64,000 bases of DNA from Eledone cirrhosa. Its lineage: Eukaryota. Made by a program: the position numbers and the translations under genes. The notes beneath the pieces are model-generated. The model worked only from the letters and a program-made list of their open reading frames with translations. It ran no database searches and was not told the DNA's origin. Below, one piece after another: positions 11,434 through 26,350 of this stretch. How positions within the stretch are numbered: the stretch's first letter is position 1; each line of letters starts with the position of its first letter. The stretch is from NCBI GenBank assembly GCA_964016885.1, contig OZ024743.1, positions 156,922,001 to 156,986,000 on the forward strand, read 5' to 3'.

Positions 11434-14400
11434 CCCCGTGACCAAGAAATACCGGGATGGCGGCCGGCGGGGAATAGCCATGTCTCTAGGGGAGAACGGC
11501 CCCTCTAGTCTTGGTTGACACTCGTTCTAGAAGTGGTAACACGAAAAGATTACCCCTTGGCGGATAAGGATAAAACGCGACAAAATAAAGTAGATGTCTA
11601 ATGATGAAATCTCATACCGGATCGGCCGTCACCCGGGTAAAAAAGGGCCGCGTCCCTCAGAGAGGAACCAGACTGGGGTCGAAAAATCAGCTAATGGTTC
11701 AAACCTTCCCATCACTTCGGAGCTGGAGACCTCCCATAACCGGAATACTCCTACTGTTGGCCCTCCATGCTCACCACCAAGAAATCCAAAGAAAAAGAGA
11801 GAAAAATGGTCAAGGGAAGATAATAAAGAAGTCCTTGAGGCTTTCTACACTGCCATGTACTACCCATCAAATACATCGAATACAGAGCAAACATATATCA
11901 ACTGGAAAAGAAACATCCCGAAAACAGAGGCTATATTGACAGTAACAAACTAGCCAATATACGAAGAAATATTGTAAGAAAAAAGTTACTAACTGATATA
12001 GAAATTGATCAGATCAAGCTAGTAGCACAAAGTCAGCGAAGGGAAAATGAAGCATGTGTCAGTGAAAACGAGGTAAACTGTAACACTTCGAATCCCAGAG
12101 TTGGGGCGGAATCACTGGCAACAGAACAAATTAAAGAAAGGAGCGAAAAAGTGGAGGGAGTGCATGCTCAGGATGAAACTCCAAATGAAAATAATGAGAT
12201 CGTAAATGATAAAGAAATGAATGAGAATGAACTTGCCAACTTGAAGGATGAAATTATGATCGAATGGATGAAAATGAAAGAATCTGACATGGGGGAACGA
12301 GACACCCTCCCTAAGATCCAGAACTCCAAACAGAACCAAAAGATAATACACAAGACTAACATAATTCTCAAAAACATTATCATCACAAACAAACTAAGCA
12401 TTACTGACTTAAATCATCTCTATTATGCATCGGCTAAAGTCACCACTCACTTATGTGGAGTGAAGATGAAAAAACAAAGGAATTCCCACAAGAAATCTAC
12501 TTGGCAAGATAACATCAATCGCCAAATAAACCTTCTCCGATCTGACATAGAAATTTTAACAAACTATAAAGTAGGTGAACATGTTAAACAAACTAAACTT
12601 AGAAAATTGAAAAAAAAGTACAGTATAAGATCAACATGTGACATAGACATGCTGATAGAAACAATCAAGCAAAAAGTGTCGGCCAAAGCTGCTCGTATAA
12701 GGCGCTTTGAAAAACGATCTAGATTCTATAAGGACAATAATATGTTCAAAAACAACCAAAGAAACTTCTACAGAAAAATTGGTAAGTCAACAATAACTGC
12801 TAAATCAATACCACCCAAGGAGGAAGTGCAAGAATTCTGGGAAAAGATCTGGGCCGAAGAAAAAGTTCATAACATACATGCCCCATGGATAGACAGACAA
12901 ATGAAAGAAACAGCTCACCTTGAAGAACAAACATGGGAAAATATAACAGTTGAACAGCTGCGCTTGGCTCTAAGAAAAACCAGCAAATGGAAATCCCCAG
13001 GAAAAGACAAAATACAAAACTTTTGGATAAATGCCTTCACAGAGTCTCATGAGCTGTTAGCCCAACTTTACAATGAAATAGTTAAGGAGCCAGAAAAGAT
13101 ACCATCATGGCTAGTTAACGGCATTACATTCCTGCTACCGAAGAATGATGAGACAAACAATCCCAAAAATTACAGACCGATAACCTGCTTGACCACAATG
13201 TATAAAATGTTAACATCAATTCTAACTGAATACACATATGACCACCTGATAACAAATGACCTATTTCCCATTGAGCAGAAAGGGTGTAAACGAGGCTCAT
13301 ATGGCTGTAAGGATCAGCTTCTGGTTAACAAAATGATACTGGAAGATTGTCATAATAGACACAAAAATCTATCGATTGCTTGGATAGATTATAAAAAAGC
13401 ATTTGATAGTTTGCCACACAGTTGGATTGAAAAATGTTTAGAGATTTTCAAAATATCCCCCGTTATCAGGAGGTTTTTGTCATTCAGTATGAGGACATGG
13501 AGAACGACACTCCTTTTGAATAGTGAAACAAAATCACTGGAAGCTGGAGAAGTTAACATTAATTGTGGAATTTTTCAGGGTGACTCTTTATCACCGCTTT
13601 TATTCTGCATCGCACTTATACCATTAAGTAAAATGCTCAATGAAACAAAACATGGATATAGAGTCTATGACAAAACCATTAATCACCTGTTCTACATGGA
13701 TGACCTGAAACTATTTGCAAAAAATGATGAACAATTGCAAGGGCTATTATCCACTGTGAAGCAGTTCAGTGATGACATTAAAATGGAGTTTGGACTGGAT
13801 AAATGCGCCAAAGCAACGTTCACCAGAGGAAAGCTGCTGAAGAGTTCAGACATTAATCTTGATCGGGGGAACGTGATAAGAGAGCTTGATCAAGAACAAA
13901 CTTACAAATATCTAGGTGTTTGTGAAGGAGACGGAATCAAGCACTCGACAATGAGGGAAAGGATAAGGAAGGAATGTTACCGCAGAGTCAGAGCAATCTT
14001 AAGAACGGAATTGAATGCAAGGAATAGGATCGATGCCATAAACACGCTTGCCATACCAGTAGTAACCTACAGTTACAATGTCATTAACTGGTCAAGCACA
14101 GAGATCCGTAGGCTCGATACAAAAATCCGAAAATTCTTAACCATGCACAGAATGCATCACCCTAAGGCAGACATAGATAGAATATATCTCCCTAGGAAAG
14201 AAGGAGGACGTGGGTTAATCCAGTTAGACATTGCGTTGAAAACTGCAACAATTGGATTATCCACATATCTAAGGGAATCACATGATTGGATGATCAAACT
14301 CGTTTTGAAACACGAAAGCACCAAAAGATCATATTCCATTACAAAAGATGCACAAAGATACAGTAATGGACTACAAATTTCAGAAGTCCCATTTACTGCT

Positions 14401-15410
14401 GAAATGGAAAACACAGAAAAAGCAAAGCAGGTAAAAGTAACTGCAAAGAAAGAACTGCTACAGAAACTGGCTAAGAAATGGCAAGAAAAGCCTCTGTATG
14501 GAAAATACCCAGAGCGAGCTAACAATCCTGATGTTGACAAAACTTTAACCCATCAGTGGTTGGCATCCTCTGGACTGAAATCGGAGACTGAAGGACTGAT
14601 TATATCCGCACAAGATCAGTGTCTGCCAACAAAAAATTACCAAGCCAACATAATAAAAAATGGGTGCAGCCCATTATGCCGTGTATGCAAAAAACAACCA
14701 GAGACCATTGACCATATAATTTCAATGTGCAGTCCTATAGCTCCAACCGAATACCTAAACAGGCATGACAGAGCTGCACAATACATACATTGGATAATGT
14801 GCAAGCATTTTGACCTGCCCCATCAAAAGAATTGGTGGGAGCATCAACCACCTCCCATACTTGAAAAAGATCACATCTCAATCTTGTGGAACTTTAGCAT
14901 CCAAACAGACCGAAAAATAGATGCAAATAGACCTGATATAATATTGAAGGACTTTCAAAGGAGGGTATGCCTGCTAATTGATATGTCTGTTCCAATAGAC
15001 AAGAATGTATCTATAAAAACATTTGAAAAATTGAGCAAGTATAAGGACCTGGAGATAGAAATTGGAAAAATGTGGAAATTGAGAACTAAAACAATACCAG
15101 TGGTTGTAGGCGCTCTGGGAATGATACCTAAGGGGTCTAACGACTACTTATCGCAAGTCCCAGGAAACCCGCGTATAGGAGAAATACAAAAGATAGTACT
15201 AATGGGAACTGCCCATATACTAAGGAAGATCCTGTCAATATAAGTACATCACAAGTCTAAACACTAAGGATGCATGTGTGAATATGTGTGTTCTTTCTTG
15301 AACATGGCGGACCTTGTTGTCTCTTGAGGTCACTGGTTGTGACTTGGTGATAACTCGTATAAACATAAAGCAAGATAAATGCAAATAATAATAATAATAA
15401 TAATAATATT
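11434..15410 (+). mobile_element. Near full-length R4/Dong-type (REL endonuclease) non-LTR retrotransposon
   Basis: Single long ORF, structured 5'UTR, short 3'UTR and (AAT)n tail at about 15384-15410. Confidence 0.9.
11594..15243 (+). CDS. R4/Dong ORF: RT, CCHC finger and restriction-like endonuclease; one frameshift near 11905-11915
   Basis: KWSREDNKEV N-terminal block, then LANIRRNI in the frame of the 1030-aa ORF. Motifs KSPGKD, YRPITCL, WIDYKKAFD, GIFQGDSLSP, FYMDD, CRVC..ETIDHIISMC, RHD, RPDII..D..P and K..KY. Confidence 0.9.
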
Positions 15411-15411
15411 A

Positions 15412-17125
15412 ATAATAGAAGTCCTGGAAAACAGAGTTAAAATCAGCTGGAGAATCCTTGGGAGGCGTGAAGATCAAGAGAGGTATCTTCCAGGGAGATA
15501 GTCTGTCCCCTCTGTTGTTTGTCCTTGCCCTGATGCCCCTGACCATTATACTGCGAAAGGTGAGAACAGGATACAAGTTGGGAAAGGGAGAGCTTACCAT
15601 TAATCACCTCCTCTTCATGGACGATCTTAAGCTCTTCGGGAAGAGTGAGAAGGAGTTGGGTGTGCTTGTTGACACTGTCCGTATTTTCAGCAATGATATA
15701 TGTATGCAATTTGGTATTAGTAAGTGTGGAGTCCTTGCGATGAAGAGGAGTAAATTGAGGAGAAGCAACGGAATCCAGGTACCAACAGGTGAGATGATAA
15801 AGGAAATTGACACTGAAGAAGGATACAAGTATTTGGGTGTTCTGGAGGCTGATGACATCAAGAACAAAAAAATGAAGGAATTGATAAGATCTGAATACAT
15901 TCGGTGAGTAAGGAGCGTATTAAAATCACATCTGAACAGTAGGAATGCCATAAGTGCAGTAAATTCCCGAGCTGTGTCTATTATTAGGTACAGTGCGGGA
16001 ATTCTGAGATGGAATGTTGCTGAACAAAAAGAAATGGATAGGAAGAATAGGAAGCTATTGACTATCTACAACATGTTCCACAAGAGGAGTGTTGTCGATA
16101 GACTCTACTTAAGGAGTTCTGAAGGTGAAAGAGGTCTTATCAGCATAGAGGACTGTGTTCAGATAGAGAAAAACAACCTACACAAATACGTGTCTGATGG
16201 TAAGGATCCAATGCTCAGAATTGTACTGAAGGAGAGGACAATAGACCAGGGAATGTCCAAGGAGGAAACAACAAGGAGAAAGAGCAGCCTTCATGAAAAA
16301 TCCCTTCATAGTACCTTCTTTGAGAAAACTGAATTCAGAGATCCACAGACATGGAACTGGTTGAAAAGAGGAGACCTTAAAAAGGCTACAGGAGGAATGC
16401 TAATGGCTGCGCAAGAGCAGGCCCTCAAAACGAAGTGTTTGAAACACCATATTTACAAGGATGAGGCTAGCCCACTGTGCAAGATCTGTGGACAGAGAGA
16501 TGAGACTGTAGCTCACATTGTATCCGAGTGTAAACACCTAGCCCAGGCTCACTATTAAGCCTGGAGACATGATGTGATGGGCAGGGTGATCCACTGGCAC
16601 CTATGCAAAGTAAACAATTTACCACATTCTGAGAAGTGGTATGAGCATAAGCCAGAGACGGTGATAGAAAACGATCAGGTGAAGGTGGTATGGGATTTTA
16701 GGATACAGACGGACAAGCTGGAACACAATAGACCTGACCTGGTGGTTTTGGACAAGGAAAAAAGATCGTGCCTGATTGTGGATGTGGCCTGCCCATTCGA
16801 CACGAGAGTGCAAGAGAAGGAGAGGGAGAAAATTAACCGATACCAGGACTTAAAGTGGGAGGTAAAAAGGATTTGGAACTGCCATGACGTCAAAGTGGTC
16901 CCGATTGTCATAGGCACACTAGGTACTATCTCAAAAGGTCTCCAGGGATGGTTAAAGAAAATTGACCCTGCCACGCTTTCTGGAACGCTTCAAAAGGCAT
17001 GCTTGCTGGGAACAGCAAGAACCCTCCGATACGTTCTGAATATCTGAGGCTGCAGGTAGTGGATTGATATTCATTTCAACAAACTTTCCAGTTAACTAAC
17101 ATCAATGACTGAGACTCAAAGAACA
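15412..17125 (+). mobile_element. Second, 5'-truncated R4/Dong-type element from a different subfamily, pseudogenised
   Basis: GIFQGDSLSP, FMDD, CKIC..ETVAHIVSEC, RPDLV..DVACP and K..RY. In-frame stops at about 15905 and 16556. (AAT) tail. Confidence 0.9.
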
Positions 17126-17149
17126 ATAATAATTATAATAATAATAATA

Positions 17150-17820
17150 CCTTCTTTATTAACCACAAAGGTTTACATAAAGTAGACATTAAGGACAGTA
17201 CAGGACAATAGAGGACGGTACAAATGGGCATTTCTGCGTGTAAAAAACAAAAACAGAGGATGTAACAAAAAAAATAACAATGAAAAGTTCCCCAATACGG
17301 GGAAACTTCCGAGGGACATTCGTGGAGAACGCCCATTAAAGAGCCACGGTGACCCTGACCGCCAGGGTAAGTACCCTCTCACAGTTTTTCACCTTTAATT
17401 TACAGACACATACTCAGAGTAGGCCCATTCACTCGGGCCATTCTTGCCTCTCTCACCTATCTTTCAACAAAATGCTGGAAGAGAGCACTTCCCTCTCTAC
17501 CCTGATTTTCCTTTTCAAATGAAACTTGAAAAAGTTAATCAGGGTATCACCGAAGAGGTAAGTGTTCGTCTTCAGCTCTTTCAAACGTGTCCACCATACT
17601 ATCTCTTTCGCCATGGCCACCAGACAGATAAAAGCAACTTGCCCTTCCCGGCTAAAGAAAGAGGGAGGGGGAATCCTCAAGATGGACTCAGCTGATAGCT
17701 GGATCCGTCCTACACGCGACAGCAGGTGTTCGACATAAACCCACAAGTCAGCAATGCTCGGACACTGGACGAGTGCGTGCAGGACGGTTTCGTCGCCCTG
17801 CACGCATCTCGGACATGCCC
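17150..17820 (-). mobile_element. 5'-truncated Tx1 copy (ORF2 C-terminus and 3'UTR)
   Basis: High identity to 4312-4980. The 3' end abuts (AAT)n at 17124-17149. Confidence 0.9.
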
Positions 17821-17825
17821 GAATG

Positions 17826-18938
17826 ACGGACCTGCCCCTTGTATAGGAGCAAATTTTGGAATAGAATAGAAAGAACTAGGAACAAGGCCAATAGAATAAA
17901 CTCATGGTATGATAGCAATAAATACCAGAGTGTAATGTTCATCAATACAACCCCTAGAGGCGAACTAGCCTACAAATTTAGAAGGGCCCTAAATAAACAT
18001 AAACTCAATATTAAGATAGTAGAAAGACCAGGTACCTCCGTAAAAACACTTATTAGCAAGACATACCCGTTCCAAAGACCCTCATGTATAGATAATAATG
18101 TATAACCTGTAAAATAAGCCCCCATATTAACTGTAAAACTAGAAATGTAGTGTATAGCATAAGATGTACTGAAGGACAATGTAGAAACAAAAATATAGTG
18201 TACATAGGTGAGACAGCTCGTAGTATAGGGGAACGAATAAATGAACACTGGCGAGACCTTCAAGATTATAAAGAATCATCTGTACTCTACCAACATGCTA
18301 AGATAGAACACAAGGGTAAATTAGAGAACATAGAAATAAAAATAGAATCCACACACAGAAAAGATGCAATGTTTAGGCAAATTACAGAGGCAGAAAGCAT
18401 AAAAGAATTACAACCAAAATTAAATAGAAAATATGAGTGGAACAGCAACATCACAACTTACAATTAAGGACAAAATGAAAACACACACACACATAGAACA
18501 AACAACCAACCAACAACATGTAAATAAATAAACAAATAGATAAATGAACACAAACACACACAGGCACCCGGATGTGGCGCATGCGCAAACTGAGCACACA
18601 ACACACACACAGAAACAAAATGGCGTAGGACAGAAGAAAGAAAAGGCACAGAAACAAAGAAAGGAATCCCCAGTCACTGAAGAGGTCACAGAGTGTGTGA
18701 CGAAAGGACTATGACTATATATAAACAACTATCTGGTTGTGGAACCAACCAACCAACCAGAAATGTATAAGTTTGTAGATTTGTAAATTTATAAATGTAT
18801 AAATATATAATAACTTGAAGTGAAAGCAACTGGTGCGTGTGTTTCTTATTGGCAACATGACCCTCCCAAAGTATAACAATATCGCTTTCAACACACGATT
18901 TCAGATAAAGAATCTTGCTAAACAAATTCAAAAACGAA
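17826..18938 (+). mobile_element. Penelope-like element family A, 3' part (GIY-YIG and pseudo-LTR)
   Basis: NVVYSIRC...VYIGETARSIGERINEH...EAESI. Homologous to 44328-45480. Confidence 0.85.
18672..18716 (+). ncRNA. Type I hammerhead ribozyme (PLE family A)
   Basis: agtca-CTGAAGA-g-gtcaca(gagtg)tgtgac-GAAA-ggac-TA-tgact; stems I and II pair perfectly. Confidence 0.8.
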
Positions 18939-19270
18939 ATATATATACGTATATATATACATATATATATATATTAAAATAACATATTAAAGTTTAAGCA
19001 AATCTTCTGAATTAATAACACCGATTACGCGGGCCATCTCGGAACCGAATAATTTCTCTAGTATTTCTTTGTTTTTACCGTATTTCCTTTTATTGATTAA
19101 CTAATTATGAGATTCAGAAGATCCTGTTAAGGGTGAAAGCAGCGATTCTTTACTTTAATCTGTTATTTTAATAAATATTTGCTCTACGGTTTTTATACAT
19201 ATGTATATATTTATATATATAATATCCTTATCGAGCCCTCTTCGCGGATTTTAGTCTTCGCTATTATTAT

Positions 19271-19320
<50 letters not shown>

Positions 19321-19790
19321 GCATAGTATATTTCCTATCAGATTGGTGTTAATCAAATAGTGCCTTTAATCGAGCACATTATTTAAGAAGGTAAACAAAA
19401 CGCCTGTTTTCAGCATAGGTTTTCCAATAGAAATGAATTCATTTTTTATCGTCCTGATTATATTTCCTTCACGCCATTTCACGGTTAATGATTGTTTGGG
19501 TGTTTTTCTTTTCGATTGAGAAGCGATGATTAGCAATCTTATTGATCAAAGTCTGTAAGTTATGGGTTTTTTTAGCCTGGATTTTTTTTAATCAATTACC
19601 AAAGACATAGAAATCAATGAAGAAACAATATAATTTTGACACCACAGTTTGACAAATCTGCAACATTCTTTCATCATTCCCAAGGTTACTATTATTATGA
19701 AGACTATCTCTGTTTTCAATCCACACTTTATTGACATCTTTCTTTGTAGGCGTTTATATTTTATATTATCTGTCCTTCTTTTATATATAT

Positions 19791-19980
19791 AATTGTTTCT
19801 ACGTTTGGCACATGGCCAGCAAAAACCCAGTGCATTGCTGGTACTTTATTTCATCGACCCCGTGAGGATAAAAGGCTAAGTTAACCTCGGCAGAATTTGA
19901 ACTCAGAATGGCAAGGGACGTAACTCTATGCGTCAAAGAATGGCGTCCGACCCTCTACCAATACTGCCAATCCACCGCCC
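19791..19980 (-). mobile_element. Full-length tRNA-derived SINE
   Basis: Head with A-box-like TGGCAGTATTGG and B-box GTTCAAATTC, conserved central block, and gtagaaacaatt tail. Confidence 0.85.
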
Positions 19981-20052
19981 TTGTTTTATATATTAATATA
20001 GTATAATACGTAACATGAATGACAACATCAATATTCTCTCTCTCTCTCTCTG

Positions 20053-22200
<2,148 letters not shown>

Positions 22201-22416
22201 ATATATATATATATATATAGAAGAAGTTAATATGCCCATGAGTACTAAGTACCCCTAGAAATAGATATAGGTTGTCTATGATTTAAGGTTGTACTATGGT
22301 ATTAATTTGACATACCAGAACTATAATATTAAGATAAGCAGAACAAGCAAAATTCAACCAATTTTTTAAAAATAAATTTAAAAATATATAATTTAAATAT
22401 TTACCTATTCTTTTGG

Positions 22417-22495
22417 CCCTTACCGATCGGTTTCGCTTTGTAAAACACCAGAAATCCAATGGATTTCCAATGGAAAATCAAAGTTCATCAGAGAA
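22417..22495 (-). ncRNA. Type I hammerhead ribozyme
   Basis: ttct-CTGATGA-a-ctttg...caaag-c-GAAA-ccgatcgg-TA-aggg; stem III is the palindrome ACCGATCGGT. Lies between 62-bp inverted repeats (22326-22390 / 22555-22617). Confidence 0.7.
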
Positions 22496-22610
22496 GCTTT
22501 TTCCTTTCCTAGGGCTAAAGACCCAGGAACGATAAAATATATTGTTATTTGCATTATATTTTTTAATTTATTTTTAAAAAATTGGTTGAATTTTGCTTGT
22601 TCTGCTTATC

Positions 22611-22648
<38 letters not shown>

Positions 22649-23747
22649 TACCTATATTGACAACTATTTGAGTCGATAGATTTTTCTTATCGTGATGGTG
22701 TGAAAAAGTGATCATCTTGTTGATTTATTACATTTTTCTTAGTGTATGTGTCATGTATACAAATATAGTAGAATTGCCGTTCTGGAGCATATGGATGGTG
22801 TGGTACGAGATAAAGCAAAATACATGCAAAATAGCAATTATCCTCATTATTTATTAACTTCTCATATTTTCATTGCCTGTTTTCATTGTACGAACTATTG
22901 CAGAATTATATACATTGGGTGTGCTAAATGTTTTATTTCTATAATATACTATCTATTTATTGAAGATTGTTTACATAATATGTATGCAAGGACTAATGGT
23001 GATATATGTATGGTATGTATATTTGTAAGATCTGGGTTTTATCTATCTATTTTTATAACGGGATTGGAAAAACATGAGATGCCCCAACATTTCAACAGTC
23101 ATTAACATGTGTGACGATTATGATCTACAAGTTGTAATATCACATGCAATAGCTACACTAATCATGTTGAAGATTGAAAGAGTATTGCGGATGTTGCCTA
23201 TTACAATTCAATCAGAGAAGATGGTAGCTGAAGACGATTTCAAAAAGTAACGCCAAATTGATTAGAATGGTACCAAATATATTATGCCGGAAAAGGAATT
23301 TGACACGATGATCATTACTTGAAGAATCTGTTGTTACAGGTCTATCGAATGGGAGTTGATAAATAGCTTTTTGCCTTTGTACACAAGTAAATCCCTGGTG
23401 ACAAATAGTTCAAATAGTTCAAACCACTTTAATCATTTGATAATTGTAATTATTAATATATGTAGACTATATATTCTGTAGTTTTCCTGGACTAAAGTAA
23501 CCTGATGAAACACCTTAAGTTCAACGTTACTTATTGGTAATACGTCTCAAGTGAAATAAATTTAGATATATCACAATTGTAAAAATGAAAACAAAACAGA
23601 ATACTCGACAAGGTCAATCTGTAAATAATTTCGGTCTCAGAGAAGAACAGATGTCAGTGTCTGTGATGGACAGTATCAGACTTTCAGTATTAATTAAATG
23701 TTCTGTGGTAAAACAAGAACAAAAAAGAAAAAAACAACAGCAACAAT

Positions 23748-23850
23748 ATTACTACTACTACTCCTACTACTACTACTACTACTACTATTACTACTACTAC
23801 TACTACTACTACTACTGCTGCTACTACTACCACTACCTCTATCTACTACT
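23748..23850. repeat. (TAC)n microsatellite
   Basis: Direct reading. Confidence 0.95.
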
Positions 23851-23859
23851 AATGCTGAT

Positions 23860-25330
23860 AATAATAAATGTTTCATACGATCGCCAGAAGGGCCGACAAA
23901 AAAGGGACAATACAAAGAAAAGGACAGTTAGGGTTTGCAATAAAATCGACTAAAAATCCCAAATAACAATAACAAGAAACAAGAAAAGTACAACAATGAA
24001 AATTCCTGAATATTGGGGATATCCATTCGAGAGCACGCAGGAAGGGAACCCCTGTCCTCATCAAACTAACCGGCCTACAACAGCATAAACAGAGTCAGTA
24101 ATGCACGGATACCTGAGGAGTGAATGCAGAAGGTGTCATGGCTCTGTGCGCATCTCGGACAGGACCTGTCAGACAGCACTTCCGTGCTTGTAGAATTTAT
24201 TACAAACAATCAGTGCCTCCTCCCCGGTAGCACTGCCATGGGAGGGATTTCTGGAAGTTATCTATAGTCTCCGACTCGAAAGTCCGCCGGAACAGACTGA
24301 TCTGTTCGACTTCGTCGACACCCAGAGCCTCTCCGGGTGCATTGGTGCACACTCCCACCACTAATCCTCAACGAAACTCGGAAGTGGAAGATCTACTGAC
24401 CGCATTGCCCATCTACAAGAAGTCAGTGAGCGCCTGACAACATTATCGGTCTCTTCTGGACCCATGACTACTTGTTAGTCAAGGAGACGAGCTGCGGAGA
24501 GGACTATTACACAATCAACAACAAAACTTGTTCAAAGTTTAAGCAAAATATCCTGCAGATGCCACAGCCTTAACACATGTTTGCGGATCATTAACCATGG
24601 CATGCCAAGCCCTCCACCTAGACGTTTCATATTCCTCCAAGCAGGCGGCGACCACCTCAATTTCCGAAGTCTTTAAGACCATCACGGTGATGTCCACATA
24701 TGACGACACAGCCATTCTTCTTTCGTTTCGGACGGGATGCCCTGCAACATTTCCACCTACCGCAGTAAAGTCTTGAAAGTCAATAAGTACAGAAGAGCAC
24801 CCACACGGACCGACCAGGAGATCTGAAACAGGTTCGAACGATGGCCATTATCTTTGACTACCGAGCAGATGCCACTGTGCATTGCAGCGAACCAGCCTCT
24901 AAAGACGGAGCAAAGCCAGCTGGTTTGAAAACAGCCATCAGGTATCGATGGTCGATTTTATTAAAAGTTTTCAATTCATCTAAATTGATCAGTCTCACCG
25001 AAACCAGTTTTACACCCTGCACTCTTTATGATGCATGTATTGAACTAGTTCATGATTGCGTAAGATTGCTCTTACCTACCAAATCATCGACGTCAAGCGC
25101 CAAGCTCTTTTCTAACCACTTGGCCAAAATCTTAAACTCTGTATTTAACATGGGTATGAGCCTGACGTTATCAAACGTATCCATCTTCTTCTCGTCTTTT
25201 CTTATCAGCGCAACTATGCCCCGGTTCAAAGAACTTAGAATACTCCCATTCTGCTGCCAGTTGCAGTAGAGCACTTCGAGGAGATCAGAGAGCAAATCTG
25301 ACATATCTACCTAAATCTCGTATGGCCAAG
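23860..25330 (-). pseudogene. Decayed, internally deleted Tx1 ORF2 copy
   Basis: LYCNWQQNG..RGIVALIRKD..LNTEFKILAK matches the ORF2 at 4558-7974. Confidence 0.8.
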
Positions 25331-25389
25331 AAATCAAACAATTATTATTGTTTCATTGGCAGTATCTGTAGAACGCTAAACACTCTGCT

Positions 25390-25545
25390 TCGCAGCATAG
25401 AGTTACAGTCGAGTTCGTTTGCCTTTGATCCTTACGGAGATGTTAAATAAAGTAACAGTAATGCACTGGGGTACATTTAATCGTTTATCTTTTCCCCTCA
25501 AATTGTTGGCTTTGTGCCTAAAGTAGAAACAATTATTATTATTAT
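25390..25545 (+). mobile_element. SINE copy, rearranged or diverged
   Basis: tttgcctttgatccttacgg..aataaagtaacagtaatgcactggg..tgtgcctaaagtagaaacaatt(att)n. Confidence 0.7.
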
Positions 25546-26098
25546 TACTTTTATTATTGTCAATATTAGATTCTTGAAAATACGAATATCATCTACCTAC
25601 TTCAGTATACTACCTTACAAGGAAACCGATATATAGTTACTTGACGCTGGTGAAATTGTGGTCACAGAATGAAGGAAATATTATATACGTTGTCATAGTT
25701 ACAATGTGTGTAAAAAAAAAGAATGTTAGTTATAGATGGTTTATATTATAATATAGATATGATCTATAAAAAATATTGAATAAACGATATCATATATGGG
25801 ATACTACAGTTACAGCTAATCAACCATTATTAAATTTCTGAAACACACATAACGTGAAATATTGCTCTCTATCAATATATATATTTAAATGTCACAAGAA
25901 ACAATGACAATTCACTGACCTCACAAATTAACTGCATCTGACCTTTGTGTTTCGATACAAAATGAATATATATTGTTTGCCTGTTCTTTATTTAACACCA
26001 CACCAAACATCCTGACTTAGATTTGAATATTCTTCTAATTTTCCACATCTTTTTCCAGAACTAAGTTCTTCTAACTTTTATATACTAGACTTTGGATA

Positions 26099-26134
<36 letters not shown>

Positions 26135-26287
26135 ATACACTCTTTCTAACACCCTCTTTCTAACAACCCCACACACACTCTGGTATATATATATATTTTT
26201 ATTTTTATTTTTATATATGCAGCATATATAAATATATATATATACAATATATTAACAAATGGAAACTATATTTATAAAACCATATTT

Positions 26288-26350
26288 ATTTCATTATACA
26301 TATTTCAAGGACACCAAAGCAAATTATGGTGCGCTTTCATCAGATAAAAT
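26288..26350 (-). ncRNA. Type I hammerhead ribozyme (PLE family B)
   Basis: Reverse complement of 31319-31381. Confidence 0.7.
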
